Of a DNA stretch of 64,000 nucleotides, positions 36,498-49,815 are shown one piece after another; the stretch's first letter is position 1, and each line of letters begins with the position of its first letter. The position numbers and the translations under genes are program-made. The notes beneath the pieces were generated by a model. The model saw only the letters and a program-made list of their open reading frames with translations, searched no databases and was not told the DNA's origin. Source of the DNA: Ylistrum balloti (taxonomy: Eukaryota); contig NW_026781945.1 of assembly GCF_031769215.1 (NCBI RefSeq), positions 806,001 to 870,000 of the forward strand, given 5' to 3'.

Positions 36498-38661
36498 GTA
36501 ATACTTTAACTTATTCTTATTTTAGCATCTTTGTTACTGAAAATATTGTGCTGAAATATAATTTAGCTAACTGCACTCTCTGTATAATGTTTGTTTAACT
36601 ATCATCATGCAGACACAAATTCACCATTGCACTTATTTGCCAAAAAAAATAAAGCACCAAATTTGCTCTTTAGAGTATCTACTGCTTTCAACATTGCAGA
36701 TTAAAACAAAAACAAACCAAACTTTACATTTTTTTAATTTTTATTTGGCTTATGTCATGTTCTTTTTAACAAATATGTCATCAACAAATATTTCTGATAT
36801 TCACAAAGTGAACTCGAATGAAGCTGCTTGAAGTTGCTTTTTTCCTTTCTGTCAATTACAATTTTGACAGAGCTTGTGTATATGTATCATACCAATTAAT
36901 CAGTTTACTAAATAGAAACGGTAAAAAGATCTACTGAAACACATTTAGAAAAGCAAACTTGAGACATGCCTGTTTATCACAAAAAATATTGAAAACTAAT
37001 TATCCCTATGGAACAAGGTCTGTGACAACATTCTTGTTGCCATATATACATTATGGTCAAATATTGTGGTACTCCTAACACCCTGTGGGTGTAATGTCAC
37101 CTCTCGATTTGCTTAAGCTACATAATCATATGCAAAATGGCAGATATACACAAGCTGCACTTGTTGAGATGATTAATATTTAGCTGGTCAGTTGGATAAT
37201 GTGATCCACTAAGTTAGTCTGTAAACAAATAAAACATGTACTGTCTCATATTTAATTGTATTCTTGTAAACAAACTGATTCAGATGATTTTTGGTCCAAA
37301 ATGTTTTCTAGATGATGGACGTTCACTGATTTTCCACAAAAATTTGAAATATCTGAACATCACAATTTCATTGTTTTGTTTCTTACATTTTTATGAACAT
37401 ACAAGATTTTAACAAACAAGTGGTCTGACAGGCATGTATTCTTACATATATTACAAAATGTAAATTTGCAAACACGTCTCTTATTTGTGATCTACAAAGT
37501 GAAATGCTGACAAATCCATCAAAATTGATTTGACAGATAAAATCTTAACATATAAATTTATAAGTCGTCTGACAGGCTTGTATTCTTACATGGTATTCAA
37601 ACATACAAATTTACAAACACAGCTCTAATCTGTGATCTGTAAATCACCATCAAATCTATCAAAATTTAATTGATAACAAGAAAGCTAGTAGAGCCCACAA
37701 ACGTTTTGGTTGATGAAGCTGGATGCCCCAGCCAGCTTCAGATCCTTACTACCACACATGTACTTTAAACCCCTCAGTTTAAAGGATATCTAGAAGTAGT
37801 TACTAGAGAGTACAGACCTGAAAACAGATACGACTAATATAATCACAGTGTATTTATCACTTACAGGAATAACTGAAAGTGGAGACTTTACTCCTGGACA
37901 TAAACATTTACAGTGGTATCAAGATATTTAGGTGGTGTTCAGTTATACAAATACTCCAATCATGTCCTGTTTGTGGTGGACACAAAGGAGGGGGGATTTG
38001 TTTGTAAAAGCCAACAATATGGTGTTACTTGTCTCATAAAAAGCATGGTTGAAAGTGAATTTGAAGTGTTACTGGACTGTCTCAAAATGTACTGGTGTCA
38101 CAAACATATAAGTTTGGATACCTAAATGTTTCTGAAAAATGGAATTGGAATTCACATTTAGTTGCAAAAACCACCGACTAAAGAGTCATCAACACCATTC
38201 TATCCACTCTTGTAAATTATGATCGAGTTACAAAACCAGTTTGGTTTTACAGTGGAATAATATGGTTTCTGCAAGGTTGTTTATGCCCCCATTTTCATTC
38301 AAGGGATATAGCGCCCAAATTAAAAAATTTCTGGCTGGTCTGTACCTTTAAAAACCTGTTCTTATGACTTTTAAACCTACTGTTACCAAAGGACTATTGA
38401 GTAAATACATATGTGTGTATGCTGTTCACTAAATTTCTGCTCGGGTTACAATTTTATCAAGTCATTAGGTTTATTTTCTGTTGATTTATGATTTACTCAA
38501 ATATTTGATTCTGTTCAACTTTTAACAAGCAAACCTGCTGTGATGCAATCAAGGCCTTGCAAATGTTCATTAATAGATCTAGCTAGAACTTAAAAAGAAT
38601 TTCTACAAATTATATTTCATATGTTTGTTTAAAAGATAAATTGAAGTGTACTGTTTATAAG

Positions 38662-39195
38662 AACACAAGGGTTCCTCAGAAATGTATGTGTCGCCTGCAT
38701 AAAGTGTCACGGTCACCCAGAAATCAAACTGGATGTGCAACGTTCAACCATAAAGTTTTGATACCAAATTTCATTTCTGTAAGTTGAAGCATAAAGGAAA
38801 AACTGTGCAAAGCAATATCCCTGAGAAATTTTCTAAGTTCAATGGGGCATAACTCTGCCAAGAAGCGTTACAGACAGCCAGGAATTTTACTTAATCTGTA
38901 CCCTTCCAACAAGAAGCCATATACCAAATTTCATTTCAATAACTCAAAGAATAACCCAAAAAGGTCCAGAAAACAATATTTCCAGTGAATTTTCTATGTT
39001 CAAAGGAGCATAATTCTGCCAAGAAGGGTTACAGAGAGCCAGGAATCTAACTTAATCTGTACCCTTCCAACTAGAAGCCATATACTAAATTTCATTTTGA
39101 TAACTCAAAGCATAATCGAAAAAAGTCCGGAAAACTTTTATACGGACGCTGCCAACGCATGACGACGGACAAAGTGATCCCTTAGTGTAGACGTC
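38662..39195 (+). mobile_element. Non-autonomous modular interspersed repeat with two 161-bp internal modules
   Basis: Modules starting at 38831 and 38992 are clearly homologous (GCATAA(C/T)TCTGCCAAGAAG...TTAATCTGTACCCTTCCAAC...ATA(C/T)(C/A)AAATTTCATTT). Ends GACGACGGACAAAGTGATCCC. Confidence 0.7.
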
Positions 39196-39708
39196 TGGAT
39201 ATAGAGATGTTCAATTTTATTTACAGATAAGCTCATTATATGTCTACAAAGGGAAATAATTAAATTGCCAAGATATAGCTATCAACTCTGACAAATGTTT
39301 AAAAATTTATATACGTAAGTATATATATTAAAACATAAGAACACCCCATGTATATAAATCCTACTCTATATTTCACTGATAAATACATTTTGATATCAGA
39401 TAAGAAAGTTACAGACTATCAAGGGCCAAACAGTATGTCTGACCTTATATATTACACATGTACTAGACAGATGCCAGTGATGAGGCAGATCAGAGAGAAG
39501 GGGCATAACTCTCATAATTGGTTTCTGGCAGGACTGTTGAGAAAATAGTCTTTAATTCTGGACAGACAGATAGAAAGATAAACAAATATGAAACCCTTAA
39601 AAAATATTTACTTAATTCAAATGGAAAGTAGAAAGAAAACTAAATGTTTTCTTCCTTAAAGATCTTTTTTGTTTAATTTCTTCTCTCTTTATTAATGGCT
39701 ATGAATCA

Positions 39709-42700
39709 TTACTGGCTGTATGAGTCTTGTAGTGAGCCTGAGTCACTTCTAGTTCTGTCCAAGTTTCTCCCTGATAAGACATCATCAATGATACGAGTCA
39801 GTCTCTCCTGCTTGTGGCTGTTTGCCACCTCAGACAACCACTCCAAAGCACAGAAAGTTTTATTTGACATCTCTTTCATGATATATATCAGATATTTAAG
39901 ACGAACTCTGCTGCATGAAGAGTTCAGGTATACTAAGATGTTCTGTACTGTGAGGTCTTCTTGTTCAGCAAGGGCACAAAGCTGAAAAGAATAGAAGAAA
40001 CACGTAGGATTAGTTATAGTCTGACATCACACTAGTCTCCATCACAAGTCTATCTTCCATATTTCTATACCAGCATATATATGATAATTTTTGTGTTACC
40101 AACTGACCTATATTTGAATTTGCTGAAGGGTTAGTTCTTTGTTACTTTTTAATTGTGTCATTGTTTCTTGCGTATTTTTGAATTTGTCATCAGTTTCTGA
40201 ATACAAATCCACCGTGTCATTAGTTCTTGACTTCCTTGTGTACTTTTTGAATGTGTCATCAATTAATTATGGCTACATACAGCCTAAAGATGAAGATACA
40301 TAAACATATCATCGAAGGTATTTTACAGAAATACATTTGTTCAAAATTTGAATGATGTAGAAAATACACAAATCAAACTCTATTGCTAATTATACATTCA
40401 ACCAATGACAATGGAGCCATTCAAAACTTTTCTTTGCAGAGAGAAAGAAATGCTTTATGAAGGGAAGTAACTCCAGGGAAAAACAGCTTTGAAGTCAGTG
40501 GAACTCTCCTTGGTGATTATACAATGTAACAAGTACAGTGGTTCACTACAAACTAGGGCTTTCATGCATTCCTCACCTTCATTTTGAAATATGTGCATGA
40601 AAGTCTTTAGTAGACTCCATAAGACAGCTGGTATTGATAGATCATAAGCATCTTAGCAAAACTTGCAAACTAGTTTTTCCTGAGTTGTAACAGGAAAAAA
40701 CCAACAAAAGACATTTCATGTTTACTGTCACCTATAAACCAGCAATCTTAGGCACACAATACCTCGACACAGCCAAACCCTCCCTTATCACTAACAATGT
40801 ATCATAGCCCAAAAGTACCAAGGCCTGATAAAAAACAGAAAGCCTAATGACCAACATTATAGATATCAACTTTGGGAATAACTTCAAAGTCTTATTAAAC
40901 TCTTACATACCACATCGTAGAGGAATCCTTTGACAATGTTATACAGCATAGAAAGTTTCGCAGTGAAAGCCTCACTGTCCTTTGAAGCAGAGTCATTTCT
41001 GTACAATGATGACAGAGGTTTCAGATTGGTTTCTTGGGATCCCCCTGCATCACTACAGGAATCCCCACATGTTGTTTTATTGTCACCATTTTGGTGTAAG
41101 TTTTGCGAGATATCTAGTCCATCTGTTTTAGTTTGTAATGAAGTCGATGAGGAGGAGTTCTGAGAATTTTCCGAAGAATCATGAGATGAAGAATATGACC
41201 TTGACATTAGCACTAATGGTGACAATGCTTCAAGTATTTTGACAAAAATTCTTATCAAATTTTCACCTGAAATAAAAGATAAAACAAGGGATGTATTTTC
41301 TTCTTTCTGTTCTCTTTAAAAACACAAATCTTAGCAACTGCATTATTTCTTGCATGAAAAAAGTTCTTTTACACTTCTAACATAATTTAATCACAGCATC
41401 AAAATTTAATGTTAAAAATTGTCAGATTATAGTCTAGGGTCAAATCTATATCAACTGGTCAGTCACTGAGACTATGAAAAAGACAGACTTTCCAATCCAA
41501 TACCAGTATTCCAATAAATCTCTTATAAAATCAATTACCACACAAACTTCTCCTGAAACTATAAGTTGTTACAAAAGACTATATCAATAAAATATAAGTA
41601 ACTGAAGAGTAACTACTCCAAAAGTTCCCAAAGATAGTCAATTTGACAAAAAATGAAATTGCTTTATTTATGAAATGATTTTATTTTTCAACCATTATGA
41701 AAAAAGCTTTAAGCTTTCCTTAATCCTAAAGAATTTTTTGGCCTAGATTGAAGTGCATGAATAGTCTTAAATTCGTTTGACAGACCTCTGGTCACTGTGT
41801 TAAGGAACCATGTTTAAAACTCCAGAATAGCAGTCATTTTCATGTTAACAAACATGTAATTAAGAGTCCACAATAAGACACCAATATGTACTATGTGTGA
41901 TATATTTCAAAAGCCATGTTCATGGGCTTTTTACTTGATTAACACAAAATAAATCGGTCAACATCTAATTATAATGTACTAACATTCATCCATTTATGTG
42001 GAAACTTCTTCAAAAATGCTAACAAATGAAAATTAAACCAATAGGAATCTTACTTGAGATGAGTTTGTCATGGACAGAATCATCTGAGAGGAAGAGAATG
42101 TTGAGTACAGACAAGGTGGATGCAACACATGCTTCTCGTCCGTCCAGACCAACGATCTCGTCCTCACAAAGCACACCTAAGTATTTCATTAGTGGCACCT
42201 CTAGACCAGCACTACATGTAACTAAAACAAAAAAAGATTGTTTTCAATCATCTTTCAAATATATGTTATTTACAACAATGACAAGAATTTTTTAAACTCA
42301 TTCTAGATTCAAGCATAAAGTATGCAATATCTTCCTCATTTCTGATAGAAAATATCAATTTATTTCGCAACAAAACCAATTTTAAAAACATTGTTTAAGA
42401 TATTCAATAAATGTATACATTTCTGAGGTTTGAAATTATGAACATACACAATGCTTATCTCTCCAGTGGATTTTTTTCTTAGTTGGCAAATGTGAAATTT
42501 ACAAGAACAATTTTCAGGACATGTAAAGCATACAGAATCTACAAATTTTGTATGTGCTTGTAATTGACATTACAACCAGCTTGCTGGACCTATACATTCT
42601 CTTAAAGTATGATGGAACTGGAAGTTAGTTAAAGACAGTTCTGATTCTTATATATATAATAATTCTCAGTGTGAAGCTGTCATAACTACATTCTCTTTAG

Positions 42701-45700
42701 TACAGTGAAGTTTTAAGCAACAAGTAGGTAAATATGTGACATGACAACATACCTAATGTTTCGACTCCTTTCTCTGTTGTGGAAAACATCTGAAATATGT
42801 GGAAGTAGATCTCCAAAGCATCACTATGATGACATCTGTCATTGAAGAAAAACATATGTATCATAACTGTCCTGTATTAAGCCCAGGTACCAATAAAGAA
42901 ATTCTACATCAAAGTCAGAGGTTGGACTTGCTTTTTCTTAGTGAGGTGGGTGTATATCCAGGGGGTGGGCTTATTGACACATACTGGGTATACACTGTAA
43001 AATGTAACAGCAAAACCCACAAATACAAGCATTAACTCATTCTAGTTGAATTTATTCAAACATAGCAACAAATACAAACAAAGAAGATGAGTTTGAGCAA
43101 AATGAATGACCCTGCCAGCGACGGATGAGAAATTTAATTGTTTTGGACTTTGTTACAGTGTAACACAAAAGTAGGAATTAACTATGAATTGTAAATAAAA
43201 GATTCTATATCTTTGGTATACATTTTTCTGTAATCTATATTAAGACTTCCAAATGGCGTTAGGCAAGGCTCTCTGATTTCGGTCGATCTATTTTATGTAC
43301 CATGTAAATGTCAATTAAAATTCTTCAAGTGAAATGGCCATCACTAAAGAAACAAGGCGGCAACTATGTGCTCCCCAAAACATTTTCAGGGAGCATTAAA
43401 AAAAAATGGCCATAAACAAATCATAACCTCACCTGAGATATTATCATTATACAACTACATCACAAATTACAGCTCTATATCTGTAGCTGTTAAACAGTAA
43501 TGGAGTCCAAACAGAATCATGATGTAAATGATGATCAAGGGTAACAAAACAAGGGTGACAAAGAAATAACGTGGGCATCATAAAGTCATTCACAGGTTAC
43601 AACCAAATCAAACTCTGACTATACCGTATTTATTCTGTAAAAAATCAACATGTTACTTCTGAATTAAGGTCAGGGGGTGGGCTTGTTATGCAGCAATGAT
43701 ACAGAATTTGTTAATAAGTTAACTGATATGAATGTACTTTGATATAACCAGGCATGGTTCAATCAAATAGATACAAACAATTATTTTTGTGCAGCCTTAC
43801 CCTATTTGTTTGATAGCCTCCATCAGTGCCGTGATTAACCGAGAGGTTGCCCAAGCATCACACAAATCCTCTCTCTGGTCCAGCAAGATGTCGATCACCT
43901 CCCCAGCATTCTTCAGTAAGTCACCTAACATTATACGATCAAAATTACATGGGTCAGCTCATCACAGGAGTCTGTATATTAAGCCAATGTTATCTTAGTG
44001 TATGCAGGGAATATACTGATAATTTTTTGTTTTTGACAATTTATATCAAACACAAGTTTTTGAATATTGACAATTTTATATGTTTGTTTGTTTACTGGGA
44101 TTTATTGCCCCCTAAACAGCAAGAGGCATTTTGTGAGAGGGTCTCTTTGTAGTAGCTGGTGGCTACCTTACAGTACATCATGCTGGAGGCACCAGGCATC
44201 ACATGCTTTCCTGGGCAATTGGGGTAAAAGTGGACATGAAACAGAAAAATATCTCTTGTATTCTTAAGCCTTTTAACAATGTATTTTTCATACACAAAAG
44301 AATTCTTTTTCTAAAACAGAAACAACAAAACTTTCAAAAAACTTGAGAAAGGCCAGAGACTTACAATTTGTTGAGCTGCTGAGGATGAATATCAGATTGT
44401 CAAGAATTTCCTCTGATTCTGATACTGCTGATATCCAGGGCCCACTTGTGGAGGACTTGGATAAACTTGTGTACAGCAATCTGGAAAATAAACCCATTGT
44501 TAATACACAGAAATTTACAATCATACTGGTGTTTTTATGACATGTGATCATCACAAAACCCACAGATAGAAATTTTATAATCAAAGTGCCAAACTATTTT
44601 TTTTCATGGGAATGAAATTATCACTAATTCTGTAATAATCAAGAGTATTTCTGTGAAACTTAATCTAAGCTTTGTCCTTGTAAATGCATTATATGAAAGT
44701 TGACCAATCTATCTTGGTTTACCATGTTTCAATAATAAATAGGGAGACACCTATAAAAGCGTAGTACGACTGCTTCTATCATAAATTTGTCTCAACTTCT
44801 AACTTACCTTAAGCTAAATTAGGCAAGAAATTACATGTTTTATACAAAGTTTCTCCTGAATTGGACATACAATGTAAAATCTTAGACAGTAGTTCTAACC
44901 TTGTAGTTTCCACTAAAGTCGGTGGGTCTCTGTTTTCAAGCAGCATGATAATCAGATTTCTGTTAAAAAAAAAATAATAAAAATCAACTGACACTTTATT
45001 GGAGCTTTCGTCTTCTTTTTTTTATTTCATCTTTTAACAAGCTCCTTGCATTTTTGTCAAAATGGGAAATAATTAGCTGAAACATTATACTCCATTCTTT
45101 TTTTCAACAATGGGTCTATATCAATCACCTATTATGATTCTTGTAACATTAATGGGGTATTTAGTGAAAGAAAATGCCAAAGAGTTTTTAAAAAAGAACA
45201 AAAAAACAAAAAACAAAACAGGATTGTGTTTACTTTATCAAAGTACTGTAATTATCATTCTCATTCTCCCATTTAACCAAGTATAAGCCTAGGGCTCTCA
45301 TAGAGCAAATGTACTGAAAATGGACATTAGTAGGGGATGGACATATCTTCTATGCCAAAGGGAAATTTTAGCCACCATCTTTGATTAAAATATGGAAGAT
45401 GATCATCAAATCTACTTCTTACTTGGGGCGTGGGCTCATTTTTTGACAAAATTTTTTTTATTGGATATCAACATAACTGGAGAGCTTATCTTCAAATATT
45501 GGCTTATTTCTGCAGTATTATGGTGACTTACATAAGTTGTGTATTTTCGGCCATCACTTGGCTGATTTCTTCATCACAAGCCATGTTGCCTAGGATACCA
45601 ACACATATTTCCTGTAACAATAAACCTCAGCATTGACACACATTTCTGTATACTAAAAAGTTCACAATGGAAAGGGAATCATTCGTTGTATTTGTCTGCA

Positions 45701-48700
45701 AGTTTCTTTTTCTATCGTGTAAAAATGAACATCACTGATATAGCACATGAACCCCAAGTGAAGATTGTTTAATTATATGAAGGTTATATCAAATGTGTTA
45801 CGGTAATTGAATTTTCTTAAATCCAGTTAAACTTGAGAACCTTATGATCATATATTATAAGTGTTATTACCGTAACTCTTGGTGCTTTTGACTTTCCAAT
45901 GACACTGATTAGAATGTCTATCGCTTTGAATTCTTGCAAGAATCTTGCAACATCCTGCAATGCATAAAAAGAAAAAGATAAACAAAATTTCCCACACTAA
46001 ACACTGCAGTGAAATGTACAACAGGAAAAATACATCTGATTTAACGTTCTAACAGTATTTGCTTCAATTCAATTATGATAAATGTTACTTCAGATTCAGC
46101 AAGTCAAAACTATATTCTATGACATTGCAGATGGAATTCATCAGTTTGGTGTATATACTGTATAGATACAAATTTCCATGCGAGTTCTATTATCACTGGA
46201 TTTGGGTTTACTCTGGAATCCAAAAATCAAAATGATATGCAGATGAAACTTAACTGATTTTAGTAGTAGTAGAATTCATGAGCAAAATTATCCAAGAAAT
46301 TAAGTTCCAACGAAAATGCAAATTTTTTCTTAAATCACGAAAAACTGAAAATTTATGCTTTTACAGTAAACAAAATATGAGAACATCTTTATCTTTAGCA
46401 CAAACAAAATATGAGAACATCTTTATCTTTAGCACAAACAAAATATGAGAACATCTTTATCTTTAGCACAAACAAAATATGAGAACATCTTTATCTTTAG
46501 CACAAACAAAATATGAGAACATCTTTATCTTTAGCACAAACAGCAATTGCAAACAGTTTTCAAATCTCTGATAGCACTAAAGATCAACATCTCAAATTAC
46601 ACTCTATTAAATACAATCCAATACCATATTCATGGAGATATCCCACAGTTTGCAGAGCTCATTTTGTAATTCCTCGTCTACATCCAATCCAAATGTGACA
46701 TCCTCATCCCCCGACTCAGGTTCTTTATCAACCTCCTACCAAAACAACAGTATACAAAATCAAAATTATGTTTCATTATGTAATATTTAATTCATGAAGT
46801 CCCAGTCCTATCCTCTCTAATAGATAGATTATCAATACCTTAAACTTATTAATTAGAAGTTCTAACACTTCAAATTATCTAGTCAAGAGATCTAATGACA
46901 CTTAATTCATGGTCATTAGAAACAGCATCAGGTTAATTACCCTGACTACAAATTCTCAAAAAAAAAAAAAAAAAAAACGAAAGGAAAAAAAAATCAATTC
47001 ATCTCTATTGCTATTGAGTAGAATTTTACCCCCTCTTCCTTCCCAACAAAAAAAATTGAAAGTATACGATGAAGTTTCATAAAACTGAGTTTGGATCATT
47101 AAAAGTCTGTAAACAGGATCATAAAATATCCTAAGAAAAGTAAGCAGAGACAAACAGAATTGTTTACCTCTATAAGCTTCATTAGAGTAGAGAAAAGCCA
47201 GTGTTTGCTGAAGGTAGTGTTACTGATAGAATCTGCCTCCAGCAAATCAGTGTTACTGCGTAGTTCTGGGGGTGGAGATGGGTTACGGGTACGCTCCGGA
47301 GAATCAACATGGCCAACATCTGAAAGATTTATAGATATATCTATTATATATATTTACCATTGTATGGCAGTAAATGACACAGTGCACCCTTACAAAAGTC
47401 AGCTGTATACTACCATTCCATGAAATGCCAACATTGCAATATAGGCAAGAATATAATGTACACATACACTTCCCCACCTTACTCTGTTTATATCTATAAG
47501 CCACGCTTCCTCTAGTCACATGCCTATGTTCTTGTTGCTTCTTCCACATGCAGAGAGATTTAGACAGCAACGTAAACAACAGCATTTCACTTTCTCTGTC
47601 CACTTCTTTTGTACAATCATTGGAGTCATTATTTTTGTAAGTGAAATTAGGCTTAGAGAATCCGTTTGTTTGTTTTATTGTTGTTGTTGTTCCTTTTTTA
47701 TTGTAATAGTATAAAACATAACTTTGGAGAAATCCTGATAAGTCATTATCATCCAAATACAGGATAAGGTATATAAACTTATATTTGTTCTAAACTTTGA
47801 AACATAACATTGGTTATCACCTTGTAGATGAAAACAATCAGGCACGCATATGGAAATGACAATTAATTCTCACAATCATCAATAAGACATTTGAATTCTG
47901 CCCCAGATATGGCTCACATACTTCTCTCATTTTTTTATATTAACAGCGCTGGAGTTCTGATGTCCTTCACCTCCCAAACTAATTTTGAAAGGCTATTACA
48001 TTAAAAAAAATCACATGACTGTTAATGTAATCTCTGTATTCAGTGAAGTTTATGTTAGCTAGCCAGGCTGTATCACTCTACACAATCTGTGATGTATAAT
48101 GTGCATATGATGTTTGGAATTCTACTTATGACAAGTCAAAGTAAGAATAAGAAAAAGTTGCTATCTATAGTTACTGGTAAATCAATTTATGGTATGAATG
48201 TGATTTTTTCTTCAATGGCATTTTTTATCATTTAACCAGAGTAATACTTTCTAAACGTGAATGTTCACAATACCGATTCTGTAAACCTTGTTCAGATTGT
48301 CTGAAAGAAGTACACCACCTGAAAATACTGTGTAGTTCGCATGGAAATCTCACAAGTTATCATCCCTGAAAATTTATAAATAACCATAAACTATTTATTG
48401 ATATCCATAAGTGATTTATAATTCATTAATGGATATCCAAATTTAGGTAGTAATCTTTTGCCACTTTGCTATGATTGAAGTGGACAACAAATAATTTACA
48501 GCAATTATAAGTTGGCTGATGGCCCCTTGAAAACAATTGTGGCTTACTTATGAGGAATCGTGATTTTGCTTTGCTCATTACTGACGAGCGGACGCAATCC
48601 AAGTCTGGGACTCATGTATGCTTATCGACAACTCGGACGGAAAATCAACAACGGAAAATTCGGGCCGAATTGTCTCTTTAACATGCACGAGGCGACGTAC

Positions 48701-48742
48701 ACATATATCTAATCGCTGAAACAAAAACATACCGTCAGCCAT
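39709..48742 (-). CDS. SAAL1: Protein SAAL1 (serum amyloid A-like 1) orthologue, 12 coding exons, 538 aa
   Basis: Exons 48742-48733, 47319-47168, 46735-46625, 45954-45871, 45611-45532, 44959-44900, 44480-44365, 43924-43801, 42835-42753, 42221-42054, 41266-40911 and 39981-39709 total 1617 nt, all GT-AG and in phase. Motifs [72 protein letters not shown] and EAIKQI match vertebrate SAAL1 as I recall it. Confidence 0.96.
46368..46542. repeat. 34-bp minisatellite, 5 identical copies, in SAAL1 intron 3
   Basis: Unit AAACAAAATATGAGAACATCTTTATCTTTAGCAC starts at 46368, 46402, 46436, 46470 and 46504. Confidence 0.97.
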
Positions 48743-49167
48743 CTTGCTTTGACGTTATTATTTCAAGTAAAATGTGACTGGAGGTACGCATCAAGACATC
48801 ATACTTCGAAGGAACATTCAATGCTTCTTGGGCAGCAAAACACTCCAACACTTCCCGCTAACCCACTGACCTGTGGGGGTATCCCTACAGTGTTCTCGAT
48901 TTTGATTGGTTAGAGACGGGGATTCCGGATGTTGATAAAAACTTCGATCTGGCACTCTGGACATATCAATAAAAGAGTAGTCTTGTTTGTATAAGGACAC
49001 CTAAATAATGTTATGAACTGAGGTTGTCGCTCATAACATATTGCACGAAATGCATTCCACGTATGGTTAACTATTACATTGTTACTATGATCAAATTTAC
49101 TTGACATGAAGTATATATCGGACTGTTCCGGATTCTGAATGCTACACTAATATTAGTATAAACCAAT
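48743..49167. promoter_or_regulatory. Putative bidirectional promoter between SAAL1 and the KH gene
   Basis: Divergent ATGs are 425 bp apart and the region is locally richer in CpG. Confidence 0.6.
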
Positions 49168-49815
49168 ATGGCAGCCTCTATGGTTAGAACGTGCGGTTTC
49201 CGACTGAATAATAGTATTGAAATATTTAGCCGTGTGTTTTGTGAACCAGACTACCAACGTCGCATTTCTAGACACTTCGTTTCACAAGAACAGTATAGTG
49301 ATTCTGTAAAAATCAAAAGGAAACATATCGCGGAGAAAGTGTGGACGGATAACGATTTTGAAGTCCATAACAGGATTTGCGGATTGCTGCTTGGAAAAAA
49401 AGGAAAAGCGCTGAAGAAATTTATATTTGAAACTGGGATTAAGTTTAATGTGCAAACGACGGATGATGGCTATATTTTAGTATCCGGGAAAAATGCCGAA
49501 GTGGTGAAGAAAGCAGTGGGAATAATTACGCCACATATCAACAAAATTAAACGAGAAGTACAGAATTCTATATGTGAAAAACTATTTATAGACGAAGACG
49601 AAGCTATTCGTTACAAAATTACTGGTCAGTTGATCGGTAGAAACGGACAAAATATTGACAGGATAAGAGCAGACATTGGGATTGAATTCAAGGTGGTAAC
49701 ACTTTATGATGGTCATTTACTCGTCTATGGGACTGATGATGGAGCGGTAAAGTGCGCAAAAGAAAGATTGACACTGGAAATACAAGAAATAAGAAATGGT
49801 ATTTGTGAATATTAG
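49168..49815 (+). CDS. Intronless tandem KH-domain (2x type I KH) RNA-binding protein, 215 aa
   Basis: Single ORF with two mutually alignable KH repeats with intact GxxG loops (ICGLLLGKKGKALKKF..ILVSG; ITGQLIGRNGQNIDRI..LLVYG). AATAAA near 50077. Confidence 0.85.
   Translation: MAASMVRTCGFRLNNSIEIFSRVFCEPDYQRRISRHFVSQEQYSDSVKIKRKHIAEKVWTDNDFEVHNRICGLLLGKKGKALKKFIFETGIKFNVQTTDDGYILVSGKNAEVVKKAVGIITPHINKIKREVQNSICEKLFIDEDEAIRYKITGQLIGRNGQNIDRIRADIGIEFKVVTLYDGHLLVYGTDDGAVKCAKERLTLEIQEIRNGICEY

Noticed and set aside
47304-47756. 150-aa ORF in SAAL1 intron 1
   Set aside because: Low-complexity, no recognisable motif, and out of frame with SAAL1 exon 2.
48818-49107. Two short minus-strand ORFs between SAAL1 and the KH gene
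   Set aside because: They sit in the promoter/5' UTR space, have no motif, and are at most uORFs.
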